Below are positions 10,244-19,765 of a DNA stretch of 64,000 bases, piece after piece (positions within the stretch are counted from its first letter, which is position 1; the number at the start of each line of letters is the position of its first letter). The stretch covers positions 1,632,001-1,696,000 of the forward strand of contig JAXHMG010000003.1 of the NCBI GenBank assembly GCA_034521595.1, written 5' to 3'. The DNA comes from Gemmatimonadota bacterium (GTDB taxonomy: Bacteria > Gemmatimonadota > Gemmatimonadetes > Longimicrobiales > Gaopeijiaceae). The position numbers and the translations under genes are program-made. The notes beneath the pieces were generated by a model. It was given only the letters and a program-made list of their open reading frames with translations, had not been told where the DNA came from and searched no databases.

Positions 10244-10912
10244 CTAGTCGGCGGACTCGGCCTCCAGTCCTTCCTCCACCACGAACCGGGTCAGCCCCGC
10301 AACCGTCCGGATGCGCAGCTTCGTCATGACGCGCTCGCGGTGTGTCTCGACCGTACGGGGCGAAATGTCGAGCTTTTCCGCGATCTCCCGGTTCGTGAGC
10401 CCGTCGGCGACCATGACGAGCACCTCCGTCTCCCGGGCGGTCAGGCTTTCGAGGCGACTCTTACGCTGCTCATGCTCCAGCTCCGCGCGCAGGCCCACGC
10501 TGAGCTGGTGCGTCACGCGCTCGGCGAAGTACTCGCGGCCCTCGTGCACGGTCTGGATCGCTTTCCGAAGCTCCGTCGGCGCGACGTCCTTGAGCACGTA
10601 CCCGTCGGCACCGGCGCGCACGGCTTGAAGCACGTATTCGGGATCGTCGTGCATGGACAGAATAAGTACGGCCGACTCGATCTCTTCCTCCCGAAGCGTG
10701 CGCGTGACCTCGAGTCCCGTCTTCCCGGGCATCGTCACATCGAGCAGGATGACGTCCGGTCTGAGCTCGCGGGCAAGCTCGAGGGCCTCGTCACCGTCCT
10801 CGGCTTCCGCCACGACCTCGAGCCCGTCCACTTCTTCGAGCAGGATGCGGATCCCTTGTCGAACGACGGTGTGATCGTCGGCAACCATCACGCGAATCTG
10901 ATCGTCACTCAC
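10244..10912 (-). CDS. NarL/LuxR-family response regulator
   Basis: ADDH, LLDVTMP, GYVLK receiver domain; LTARETEVL..TVETHR helix-turn-helix; GTG start inferred. Confidence 0.93.
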   Translation of the reverse strand: MSDDQIRVMVADDHTVVRQGIRILLEEVDGLEVVAEAEDGDEALELARELRPDVILLDVTMPGKTGLEVTRTLREEEIESAVLILSMHDDPEYVLQAVRAGADGYVLKDVAPTELRKAIQTVHEGREYFAERVTHQLSVGLRAELEHEQRKSRLESLTARETEVLVMVADGLTNREIAEKLDISPRTVETHRERVMTKLRIRTVAGLTRFVVEEGLEAESAD

Positions 10913-12722
10913 CCTGTGGCACTCCAGTGTCCGTGGGGACGGACACACGCACCCGCGCGCCACCGCCCTCGGTGTTCTCCATCTCGAACTCACCCCCGAG
11001 CGAGGTGATCCGTTCCCTGATTCCCGCGAGTCCCCCACGACTCCGCAACCGCCGCGCCGCGTCGTCGCTGAAGCCGGTCCCGTCGTCTTCGACGGTCAAC
11101 GAAACCGTCCCGTCCCGGACAGCGAGCGCCACGTCCACTCGCGAAGCACCGGCGTGCCGAGTCGCGTTGGCCAGACCCTCCTGCAACGTGCGGTACAACG
11201 CGACCTCCGCGTCGGCCGGAAGCGTCGGCAGCGGGGCGGCGGGCCCACGGAACTCGATCTCGAACGAGCCCTGCTCTTCGAAGTCCCGCACCAACGCCCG
11301 CAGGGACGGAACGAGTCCCAGATCGTCGAGGGCCTTGGGCCGCAGGTTGCGGGTCACGCTGCGGATGCTGCGGATGCCGTCCCCGACCAGAGTCTTCGCC
11401 CGCTCGAGCGCCGACGCCAGGTCCGGGCCTCCGCGTTCCTCGAGCATCCCGAGTTGCATGTTTAGGGCGGCCAGGACCTGAGCCGTCTCGTCGTGGAGCT
11501 CACGCCAGATCCGGTTCCGCTCCTCTTCGTGCTGGCGCACCATCCGTGACTGCAGCCGTTCCAGCTCTTCGGTACGCGCCTCGAGGTTCCTGTGGAGCCG
11601 CTCGTTCGCCAGCGACGCCCCGACCTGCTGTCCGAAGCCGAGCAGGAAGCGGTTGTCCAGCACGGTGAACGGATCGCGCGCCTCGCCGACGACGACGAGG
11701 GCACCGACGACGCGCTCGTCCCGCAGGATCGGGAGCGCCGCGGTATAGGCGTGGGTCCACGAAGCATCCGCGCCCCCCGCCCCCGGATCGTTGACCGCGA
11801 CCGGGGCCCCGGTGCTGCACACCCGCTCGGCGCTTTCGAGGGCGGTCGGCGGGGGCTTTTCGAAAGGCCAGAGCGCCGCCACGCCGGCACCGTGCACGAA
11901 GCGCCCTCCCTTCACGACCGCCGACTCCGGCACGTCGTGATCCGTGGCATCGGTGCTCAGGTAGAGCGCCGAGCCGTGGACCCCACGCAACGCCAACGCC
12001 CTGCGAAGCACCGCTTCGGTGGTGGACTCGTCGTTTCGCGGGGCTCCCTGGAGCTCCGCGGAGAGCGCGGTGAGCGTGCGCAGTCCCTGATCCAAGTCTT
12101 CCAGCACCAGGAACAGGATGCCGAGCCCCACCCCCACCTCGAAGACGATGTCGAGGTAGTACCCCCAAGGATTCCATACCCCCTGGGCACGCAGGAACGG
12201 ATAATCCAGATGATGCAACGCCCAGAGCACGAGCACGACGACGAGCAGCCTCGCGGCGGGCGATCGTACGAGCCGGTCGTAGCGGTAGAACGCCCAGGCC
12301 GTCCACCCCGTCGTCACGCTCAGGAACGCCACCATCGGGAGCGCCGCCCAGAGAAAGCTGTCGAGGACGTAGATCGCCACGTATGACCAGGCCACGGGCA
12401 ACACGACCCACGCCAGGTATCGGGGCTTCCACTCGAGGTTCTGGGAGAACACGAGCGCGGCCCAGAGGAGTGCGAGCGCGGTCCAGCCGGTGGTCACCTG
12501 ATGCCAGAACAGCCACCACGCGACGCCCGTATGCAGGAAGGTGACGATCGCGAGCAACCGGAGCGTATAAACGATCCAGGCGAGCGCCCAGATCCCGAAA
12601 TACCGCTTGCGGTACCGCTTGTGAAGCGCCCAACACAGGCCGACAAGGCCGAGCGTGATGGCGATCTGCAGATAGGCCGCAGCGAGCTCGGTCGTCGCGG
12701 CCGGCGGAACGGATAGGTCCAT
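10905..12722 (-). CDS. Membrane sensor histidine kinase (multi-TM, GAF-like, HisKA_3, HATPase)
   Basis: RELHDE H-box, QEGLANATRHA, EDDGTGF, GLAGIRER; coupled to the response regulator. Confidence 0.92.
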   Translation of the reverse strand: MDLSVPPAATTELAAAYLQIAITLGLVGLCWALHKRYRKRYFGIWALAWIVYTLRLLAIVTFLHTGVAWWLFWHQVTTGWTALALLWAALVFSQNLEWKPRYLAWVVLPVAWSYVAIYVLDSFLWAALPMVAFLSVTTGWTAWAFYRYDRLVRSPAARLLVVVLVLWALHHLDYPFLRAQGVWNPWGYYLDIVFEVGVGLGILFLVLEDLDQGLRTLTALSAELQGAPRNDESTTEAVLRRALALRGVHGSALYLSTDATDHDVPESAVVKGGRFVHGAGVAALWPFEKPPPTALESAERVCSTGAPVAVNDPGAGGADASWTHAYTAALPILRDERVVGALVVVGEARDPFTVLDNRFLLGFGQQVGASLANERLHRNLEARTEELERLQSRMVRQHEEERNRIWRELHDETAQVLAALNMQLGMLEERGGPDLASALERAKTLVGDGIRSIRSVTRNLRPKALDDLGLVPSLRALVRDFEEQGSFEIEFRGPAAPLPTLPADAEVALYRTLQEGLANATRHAGASRVDVALAVRDGTVSLTVEDDGTGFSDDAARRLRSRGGLAGIRERITSLGGEFEMENTEGGGARVRVSVPTDTGVPQGE

Positions 12723-12804
12723 GGCTCGGAAGATCCCGCCAGGCGCGGGCCGGGGCAATGCACGGCGAGCGTCGACCCGTCCAGATTCGGGCCCCGACGC
12801 CGAC

Positions 12805-12833
12805 GGAACCTGCGGGTGTCCTGCGAGGTTCAA
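12805..12833 (+). promoter_or_regulatory. Candidate ECF sigma promoter GGAACC-N17-GTTCAA
   Basis: Matches the GGAAC...GTT ECF pattern upstream of the barrel gene. Confidence 0.4.
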
Positions 12834-12900
12834 TCACCCTCACGACCCTCGGCTTCCCGGAAGGCGACATGACCGTGCACACCGAATCGCGAGACCCACG

Positions 12901-13542
12901 GTGAGGCGTTTCACGCGCTCCGCCCTCGTGGTGCTCCTCGCCATGGCGGGAGACGCTTCTTCCGCGATGGCACAGGACACCCCGCTTTTCTCGTTGGGTG
13001 GAGGGCTCGCGACTCCGTCCGGAGTCACGGGCAATGCCCACACGCTCGGATTCCAAGCCGGAGCAACCGGGGTGTTCCCCATCACCGGCCGGCTCGGAAT
13101 CGCGACAAGCGCGTCTTACATCCGGCTCGGAGCCGATCAAAACGCCGTGCTCGCCGAGACGGATATCGATCCCGAGTCCTTCGAGCTCGGCGGGGGGTTC
13201 ATCGACGGGGGATACCGCTGGATCGGCGGGGTAACGGTGGGGTTGCGCCTCCTCCTACGGCCGCGCGACCGGCAGATCGTGCCGAATCTGGCGGCGGGCG
13301 TGGGATGGGCGTTCACCGGTGTGGCGGACCGGCGCATCTGGTACCTCGGCGAGATCGAGCCGATCGAGGGATTCAACGAGAACGCTCCGCTCATGCGCCT
13401 GGGTGGGGGTGTGGAGGCGCATGTGCGCGACGGAGTGGGCTTGTTCGGCGCAGTCCGGTACGTGGTCGCATTCACGAATCCCGATCGGACGACCGCCCTG
13501 CCGTTCACATTCGGGGTTTCCCTCCGCCTCGAGGAACGCTGA
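12901..13542 (+). CDS. Outer-membrane beta-barrel (OmpA/OmpW-like 8-strand) protein
   Basis: Signal peptide ending AMA-Q, alternating hydrophobic strands, GGGVE motif; GTG start inferred. Confidence 0.65.
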   Translation: MRRFTRSALVVLLAMAGDASSAMAQDTPLFSLGGGLATPSGVTGNAHTLGFQAGATGVFPITGRLGIATSASYIRLGADQNAVLAETDIDPESFELGGGFIDGGYRWIGGVTVGLRLLLRPRDRQIVPNLAAGVGWAFTGVADRRIWYLGEIEPIEGFNENAPLMRLGGGVEAHVRDGVGLFGAVRYVVAFTNPDRTTALPFTFGVSLRLEER

Positions 13543-13566
13543 GCGCCCGGGCGACCCGGCCGCTCG

Positions 13567-14622
13567 TCAGGGCGCGTCAGGCATCAGGACGACCTTATTC
13601 CAGCCCGGAAGCCGGTCGGCGAAGCTGCGGTACGCGCCCACACCCTCGGACAGCGGGAGCCGGTGGGAGATGAGCGAGCCCACGAGCTCGGCCTCGCGCT
13701 GCGCCAGCTCGAGCGCCCGCGGCATGTACGACCGCGCCGAGCATCGACCACCCGCATACGCGAGATTCCGATCGTAGATTTCGCCGGGCGACAGGGCGAG
13801 GTGCGGCTCCACGTGGAAGCCAACGGCCCCGATGCTCCCCCCTGGCCGCAGCAGCTCCGCCGCGGTCCGCGTCGCGTCGGGTGTCCCGACGGCCTCGATG
13901 GCCCGGTCGCCCCCCCGACCTTCACTCTTGGCGCGCACGACCTCTCCGACGTCCTCCCGAGAGAAGTCGACGGCCGTGGCCCCGAAACGACGGGCGGCTT
14001 CGAGTCGCGTAGCCACCCGGTCGACCGCCACCACCTCGCGGGCTCCCGCTCCGAGCGCCGCGCGAATCGCCAACAGCCCGACCGGTCCACACCCGACCAC
14101 CACCACGAGCTCGCCCGCCCCGACGCCCGCGAGATCCGCTCCGTACAGCGCCGTCGATAAGATGTCCCCCGAGAGCAGCGCGACGGCTTCGTCCAGCCCC
14201 TCGGGAACGGGGACGAGTGACCCGTCCGCCAGAGGAACCCGAACGAGCTCGGCCTGACCGCCGTGGAGCCCCTTCCCGTCTTCGACCCAACCGAAGAACT
14301 GCCCGCGGGGACAACGTGCCGTGAGGCCGATCCCGCAGTAGAAGCACGCGCCGCACGACGTCGTGAACGGGCAGGCGACCACGTCCCCGACCCGCACGGC
14401 GGACACCGCGTCTCCCACTTCCACGACCTCCCCGACGAACTCGTGGCCCATGACCGTGCCCCGGTCCAGACCCCGCTCCCGGCCGAAGTACGGATGAAGA
14501 TCCGACCCGCAGATGCCCGCGACCCGAACTCGAACGAGAGCGTCCGAAGGCTCAACGATCTCGGGCTCCCGCACGTCCTCGTACGCGAGCGTTTCGAGGT
14601 CCTGAAACGTGATCGCCTTCAT
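13567..14622 (-). CDS. Zn-dependent alcohol dehydrogenase (formaldehyde dehydrogenase-like MDR)
   Basis: GICGSDLH, GHEFVG, CGACFYC..C structural Zn site, GCGPVG. Confidence 0.92.
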   Translation of the reverse strand: MKAITFQDLETLAYEDVREPEIVEPSDALVRVRVAGICGSDLHPYFGRERGLDRGTVMGHEFVGEVVEVGDAVSAVRVGDVVACPFTTSCGACFYCGIGLTARCPRGQFFGWVEDGKGLHGGQAELVRVPLADGSLVPVPEGLDEAVALLSGDILSTALYGADLAGVGAGELVVVVGCGPVGLLAIRAALGAGAREVVAVDRVATRLEAARRFGATAVDFSREDVGEVVRAKSEGRGGDRAIEAVGTPDATRTAAELLRPGGSIGAVGFHVEPHLALSPGEIYDRNLAYAGGRCSARSYMPRALELAQREAELVGSLISHRLPLSEGVGAYRSFADRLPGWNKVVLMPDAP

Positions 14623-14642
14623 TGCTTCTCCCACCCCCGGGC

Positions 14643-14659
14643 TTGAAAACCATTCTCAA
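14643..14659. promoter_or_regulatory. Fur-box-like palindrome TTGAAAACCATTCTCAA
   Basis: AT-rich 7-1-7 inverted repeat resembling TGATAAT-N-ATTATCA, upstream of the Fe3+ ABC operon. Confidence 0.7.
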
Positions 14660-14758
14660 CCATGTCATCCTCCCTGGGTCGCGAACGTGCGCGCACCCGC
14701 GGCCCATATGCCAATCTGCTCCAAAGCTCCATTCCCCGACCCAGCGGAGACCCGATCG

Positions 14759-15787
14759 ATGAACACCGCTCGAACGATCCTGGCCATCGCCGGCCTCGCC
14801 GTGCTCGCGGCGTGTGCGGGCTCGGACGACGATGCCGTCGTCAATGTATACTCGCACCGTCACTACGAAGCGGACCAGCAGCTCTTCGACCGCTTCACGG
14901 AGCTGACGGGAATCGACGTGAACGTGGTGACCGCCTCGGCCGACGAGCTCATCACCCGACTCGAGAACGAGGGTGAAGCCTCGCCGGCGGACGTTCTCAT
15001 CACCGTGGACGCCGGAAGGCTTCACCGCGCCAAGGAACGCGAGCTCCTTCAATCCGTGACCTCGGAAACGCTCGAAAGCAACGTACCGGAACATCTCCGC
15101 GACCGCGACGGCCAATGGTGGGGTCTGACGCAGCGCGCACGGGTGATCGCCTACCATCGCGAGCGGGTGGATTCCGCCAACGAGCTCTCCACCTACGAGG
15201 CCCTCGCCGAGCCCGAGTGGGACGACCGCGTCCTCATCCGGTCGTCGGCAAACGTCTACAACCAGTCGCTCCTCGCCTCGATCATCGCGAACCACGGTGA
15301 GGACGAAGCCGCGGCCTGGGCCGAGGGCATCGTGGAGAACATGGCCCGCACACCGAGCGGCGGCGACACGGATCAGGTGATGGCCGTGGCCGCGGGCGCC
15401 GGCGACGTGGCCATCGTCAACACCTATTACATCGCGCGGCTCGTGGAATCGAGCAACGAGGAGGAACAACGCGTCGTCGAGCAAATCGGCGTGTTCTTCC
15501 CCAACCAGGGAGATCGCGGCACCCACGTGAACGTGAGCGGCGCCGGCGTGACCCGCTATGCGGACAACGTCGAAAACGCCGTCGCGCTTCTCGAGTTCCT
15601 CACCGGTGAAGAGGCGCAAGGCGTGTTCGCCGAGGCCAACCAGGAATACCCGGTCCACCCGGACGTGCCCTGGTCGGAAACGCTCCAGAGCTGGGGTGAG
15701 TTCCAGGCCGACACGCTCGACCTGACCGTGCTCGGTGAGCTGAACGACAGCGCGGTCCGGATCTTCGACCGCGCCGGATGGAGATAA
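14759..15787 (+). CDS. Fe3+ ABC transporter substrate-binding lipoprotein (FutA/FbpA-like)
   Basis: Lipobox LAAC, YSHRHY, NTYY iron ligands, GTHVNVSG. Confidence 0.92.
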   Translation: MNTARTILAIAGLAVLAACAGSDDDAVVNVYSHRHYEADQQLFDRFTELTGIDVNVVTASADELITRLENEGEASPADVLITVDAGRLHRAKERELLQSVTSETLESNVPEHLRDRDGQWWGLTQRARVIAYHRERVDSANELSTYEALAEPEWDDRVLIRSSANVYNQSLLASIIANHGEDEAAAWAEGIVENMARTPSGGDTDQVMAVAAGAGDVAIVNTYYIARLVESSNEEEQRVVEQIGVFFPNQGDRGTHVNVSGAGVTRYADNVENAVALLEFLTGEEAQGVFAEANQEYPVHPDVPWSETLQSWGEFQADTLDLTVLGELNDSAVRIFDRAGWR

Positions 15788-17424
15788 TCCTCCCGCGCAA
15801 CTGGCGGCTGGCCGTCCGGTCCCTCCCCTGGGGCTGGACGGCCGTCGCGTTGGCGCTCGTTCTGCTGCTGGCCATCCCGGTAATCACGATTCCCATCGGG
15901 GCACTGGCCCCCGCCGGCGAGGCTTGGGAGCACGTCTCGACGACCCTCCTTCCCCGGTACATGGGGAACACGCTCTTTCTCGTGCTGGCCTCCGGCGGGA
16001 TCGCGTTGGGACTCGGAGCCGGAACGGCGTGGCTGGTCGCCGTGTGCGAGTTTCCGGGGCGGAAGCTCTTCCGATGGGCGCTCGTGCTTCCTCTGGCCGT
16101 CCCCGCCTACATGGCGGCCTACGTCTACGCCGGCATGGTCGGCGTGACGGGCCCCATCCAGCGCACCCTGCGCGCCGTGGTCCCGGGCGCTTCGGACACG
16201 ATCTTCTATTGGAACATCATGAGGATCGAGGTCGTGGCCGTCCTCTTCGGCCTCGTGCTCTTCCCCTACGTATACCTGCCGGTCCGGGCGCTTCTCGAGT
16301 CCCGCGCCGGACCGACCCTGGAAGCCGCTCGGGTCCTCGGTCGAGGACACGCGTCGGTGTTCTGGACGATCGGCCTTCCTCTGGCACGGCCCGCGCTAGC
16401 CGGTGGAGTCGCCCTGGTGCTGATGGAGGTCATCAACGACTACGGCGCGGTGAAGTATTTCGGCGTTCCAACCTTCACCACGGGCATCTTCCGGGCGTGG
16501 TTTTCGCTGGGCGACCTGGACTCGGCGGTGCGGCTGTCCGGGATCTTGATGTTGATCGTGCTCACCCTCTTGCTGATCGAGCGCTGGCAGCGGGGCCAGG
16601 CCCGCTACGCGGCGTCCGGGGACTCCTCGCAGCCCGCTCCCTACCTGCTTCACGGCGCGAAAGGACTCGCCGCCACGCTCTTCTGTGCGCTTCCGATCGC
16701 ATTCGGCTTTCTGATTCCCGTCCTTCAACTCGCTGCGTGGACGGTCCGCACGGCGCCCGATGTCGTCGACGGAGGCTTCATCCGCATGACGGCCAACAGC
16801 CTCGGGTTGGCGGGCCTGGCGGGCCTCATCGCCGTCACCGTCGCTCTCGTGCTGTCCTACACGAGCCGGCTCGACCGAACGGAGATCACACGGTCGGCGT
16901 CCCGCATCGCGCTCCTCGGCTATTCGGTGCCGGGCGCGGTCATCGCGGTCGGCGTCCTGACCGTGTCGCTCTTCCTCGACGGACTTCTCGGCGGGGGCGT
17001 CCGGCTGATTCTCACGGGGACCGCGGCCGCTCTCGTCGCCGCGTACGTCGTCCGGTTCCTGGCCGTGGCCTACCTGCCCGTGGAGGCGGGACTCGAGCGG
17101 GTCGGGACGAATCTGACCGAGGCTTCCCGTATGTTGGGCGCCCGCCCTCTCCGCACGCTCCTCCGCATCGAGGTGCCGCTCCTACGGGGCACACTCGTCG
17201 CGGCGGGGACCCTCGTGGTGATCGACGTGTTGAAAGAATTGCCGCTTACGCTGATTCTTCGGCCGTTCAACTTCGACACGCTGGCCACGCGCGCCTTCCA
17301 GCTCGCGTCGGACGAACAGATCGCGGAGTCGGCGCCGGCGGCGCTGCTCGTCATTCTGTGCGCGACCGTCGTGGTCGCGTTCCTCCACCGCACTCTCGAC
17401 GAACGAGAAGACTTTGGTCGCTGA
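15778..17424 (+). CDS. Fe3+ ABC transporter permease (FutB/FbpB-like)
   Basis: Two EAA motifs (EAARVLG, EASRMLG), KELPLTLILRPFNFDTLA. Confidence 0.92.
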   Translation: MEIILPRNWRLAVRSLPWGWTAVALALVLLLAIPVITIPIGALAPAGEAWEHVSTTLLPRYMGNTLFLVLASGGIALGLGAGTAWLVAVCEFPGRKLFRWALVLPLAVPAYMAAYVYAGMVGVTGPIQRTLRAVVPGASDTIFYWNIMRIEVVAVLFGLVLFPYVYLPVRALLESRAGPTLEAARVLGRGHASVFWTIGLPLARPALAGGVALVLMEVINDYGAVKYFGVPTFTTGIFRAWFSLGDLDSAVRLSGILMLIVLTLLLIERWQRGQARYAASGDSSQPAPYLLHGAKGLAATLFCALPIAFGFLIPVLQLAAWTVRTAPDVVDGGFIRMTANSLGLAGLAGLIAVTVALVLSYTSRLDRTEITRSASRIALLGYSVPGAVIAVGVLTVSLFLDGLLGGGVRLILTGTAAALVAAYVVRFLAVAYLPVEAGLERVGTNLTEASRMLGARPLRTLLRIEVPLLRGTLVAAGTLVVIDVLKELPLTLILRPFNFDTLATRAFQLASDEQIAESAPAALLVILCATVVVAFLHRTLDEREDFGR

Positions 17425-18304
17425 AGCCCCAGACTCCGACGGCCCGAGCACGGCGCTGCGCCTCGAGGGCATCGGAAAGCGATTTCCCGGTGCGGATTGC
17501 AACGCGCTCCGCGGGGTCGACCTGGAGATCGGGGATCGCGAGCTCGTGGCCGTGGTCGGCCAGAGCGGCTGTGGAAAGACGACGCTGCTTCGGATCATCG
17601 CCGGCCTCGAGGTTCCCGACGCGGGCACCGTTCGGATCGGTGGCAAGACGGTGGCTGGCCCCGGAACGTGGGTCGCGCCCGAGCACCGGGGCGTGGGAAT
17701 GGTCTTTCAGGACTTCGCTCTCTTTCCTCACCTGAGCGTCAAGCAGAACATCGCCTACGGTCTCCGGGAGCTTTCGAAGTCCGCACGCCGTGAGCGCGTC
17801 GAGCGTGTGCTCGAGCTCGTCGATCTGGAAGGTCTCGGTGATCGCTACCCGCACCAGCTATCCGGCGGCCAACAGCAGCGCGTGGCGCTCGCTCGGGCCC
17901 TCGCACCCGAGCCGAGCCTCCTTCTCCTCGACGAGCCGTTCAGCAGCCTCGATGCCCCTCTCAAGGCATCGCTGCGCGCCGGCCTGACGAAAGTGATCCG
18001 GCGCACGGGCGTCCCTACCTTGCTCGTGGTACACGACGTCGAGGACGTCGTCGTGCTCGCGAACCGGGTCGCGGTGCTGCGCGAAGGCCGCATCATCCGC
18101 GAAGGCTCGCCCATCGGGCTTTGCCAGAACCCGGGCGACCCCTACGTGGCGCGCTTCTTCGAACGCCTTCGGACCCCGGATGCCAACCGCTTCCCCGTCG
18201 AGGCCGTCGACGAGGTCGACGAACAGGGGGGCGGTGAACAGGGGGGCGGTGAACCGGGAGAGGACGGAGAGAAGGAGCGGAAAGAGGCCGGAACGGGATC
18301 GTAG
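17414..18304 (+). CDS. Fe3+ ABC transporter ATP-binding protein
   Basis: GQSGCGKT, LSGGQQQR, LLLDEP; short acidic tail in place of a TOBE domain. Confidence 0.92.
   Translation: MVAEAPDSDGPSTALRLEGIGKRFPGADCNALRGVDLEIGDRELVAVVGQSGCGKTTLLRIIAGLEVPDAGTVRIGGKTVAGPGTWVAPEHRGVGMVFQDFALFPHLSVKQNIAYGLRELSKSARRERVERVLELVDLEGLGDRYPHQLSGGQQQRVALARALAPEPSLLLLDEPFSSLDAPLKASLRAGLTKVIRRTGVPTLLVVHDVEDVVVLANRVAVLREGRIIREGSPIGLCQNPGDPYVARFFERLRTPDANRFPVEAVDEVDEQGGGEQGGGEPGEDGEKERKEAGTGS
18221..18254 (+). repeat. In-frame 15-bp tandem duplication GAACAGGGGGGCGGT x2
   Basis: Encodes EQGGG-EQGGG in the ATPase tail. Confidence 0.85.
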
Positions 18305-18336
18305 GCGTCTGCTCCGTCGGCTTCCGCCGGCGTGCT

Positions 18337-19128
18337 TCAGTACGTGAACGTGAGGCCCGTCCGTAATCGCGCGTCGAGGGCCGCGAGTCCGTCGGGCGGT
18401 CCGCTGTCGTAGCGGAGATCGAACGAAACCGTCATCGCCAACCGATCGGTGACCGGCGTGGCAAGGCTCAGATCCTCGAGCACACGGACGTCGCCGAGGT
18501 CGTCGAACCGGGGCTGGACGTACGTCGTCGACGTGACGACGAGCTGGCTCGCGACGAGGCGGAGCGAGAAGAACGTGCTGGACCGGAAGGTCGTCGTCGT
18601 GCGCGGATGGCTGGCCGTATCCGGCAAGTCGAGACGCTCGTCCTCGAGCATCACGGAGAAACCAGCGCCGATCTGACCCCACTCGCCCGTCGTCACCGGC
18701 GTGCGGATCCCCCCTCCGGCGAGCGTCCGAAACTTGAGGAGCTGCGACCGGTCGTAGTTCGCCTGCAGGTACCACTCGGGCCACACCCACTGCTCGTTGC
18801 TGTAGGTCTTGCGGTAGTGGAACAGCCCGGACGAAGAGAAACGCCTCCGCCCGAGGAACCCCAGCCCCCCGTTTCCGACCATCAATGTCGTCACCGCCCC
18901 CTCGACCTCGTAGATCCGGGCGCTGACGCCGAGCTGCGCGAAGTCCGTATTCCCGGTCTGCGCCGTCAGGTCCGCGCTGAGTGACCCCGAGCGCCCTTCG
19001 GGCGGCTCCTCACGGCTGAGCGGTTGGACGTCCACCTGAGCCAGCGCCGGGGCCCGGACACCGGCCACCGTCCCGAGGAGGAGGACGGCCGTCGCCACCC
19101 GCGAGCTCGAGCGAAGGCACCGCACCAT
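18337..19128 (-). CDS. DUF481-like outer-membrane beta-barrel protein
   Basis: Signal peptide ALA-Q, TGNTD motif, YDSGPP, C-terminal aromatic residue (LTFTY); start uncertain (19128 or 19173). Confidence 0.75.
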   Translation of the reverse strand: MVRCLRSSSRVATAVLLLGTVAGVRAPALAQVDVQPLSREEPPEGRSGSLSADLTAQTGNTDFAQLGVSARIYEVEGAVTTLMVGNGGLGFLGRRRFSSSGLFHYRKTYSNEQWVWPEWYLQANYDRSQLLKFRTLAGGGIRTPVTTGEWGQIGAGFSVMLEDERLDLPDTASHPRTTTTFRSSTFFSLRLVASQLVVTSTTYVQPRFDDLGDVRVLEDLSLATPVTDRLAMTVSFDLRYDSGPPDGLAALDARLRTGLTFTY

Positions 19129-19339
19129 GAAGTGAAGGGAAAGGTCGAGCGAAGGCACGAAAGCCATGGTCAATCAAGGGGTGAGAGAAACGCGAAACCG
19201 GTCAGGTCCGGCCGTGCCTCTGACGCTAGCACGGTCCGGCCTCCCGTCCAGGCCTTGCCACGCACACTTGCCGACACGCCCGTGCACACGAACATTGCCG
19301 CGCAGCCGCCATCGCACGAACCCATCGCCGGAGTCGACC

Positions 19340-19765
19340 GTGAAGAAGGCAATCGGAGCCCTGACCGCCTTGACGCTGATCGCATCCATGCCAGCAGGTG
19401 CACAGGACGCCGACATGAGCTTCTTCATCACCAGCGAGGGGCCCGGGGACGGAGCGGACCTGGGCGGGCTCGAGGGTGCGGACCAGCACTGCCAGGACCT
19501 CGCCTACACCGCCGGCTTCGGTGACCTGACGTGGCGGGCCTACCTGAGCGCCGCCCCCGAGGACGGCCGTCCCGCCGTGCACGCCCGCGACCGGCTCGGC
19601 AGCGGTCCGTGGCACAACTACGAGGGCGTCATGATCGCCCGTGACGTCACGGAGCTGCACTCCGAGAGGGCGAACCTCACGAAGGAGACCATCCTCACCG
19701 AGCAGGGAGAGATGGTCAACGGGCGTGGGGACGACCGGAACGCTCGTACGGAGGCACGGCGATGA
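19340..19765 (+). pseudogene. C-terminally truncated secreted endostatin/C-type-lectin-like protein
   Basis: Signal peptide, SFFITS..GADLGGLEGADQHCQ, WRAYLS, ARDRLGSGPW; stops shortly after VNGRGD without the usual HDILTG...FYCF third. Confidence 0.6.

Noticed and set aside
18221..18254. Tandem repeat as a phase-variation or CRISPR element
   Set aside because: Two in-frame copies only, no spacers and no cas genes
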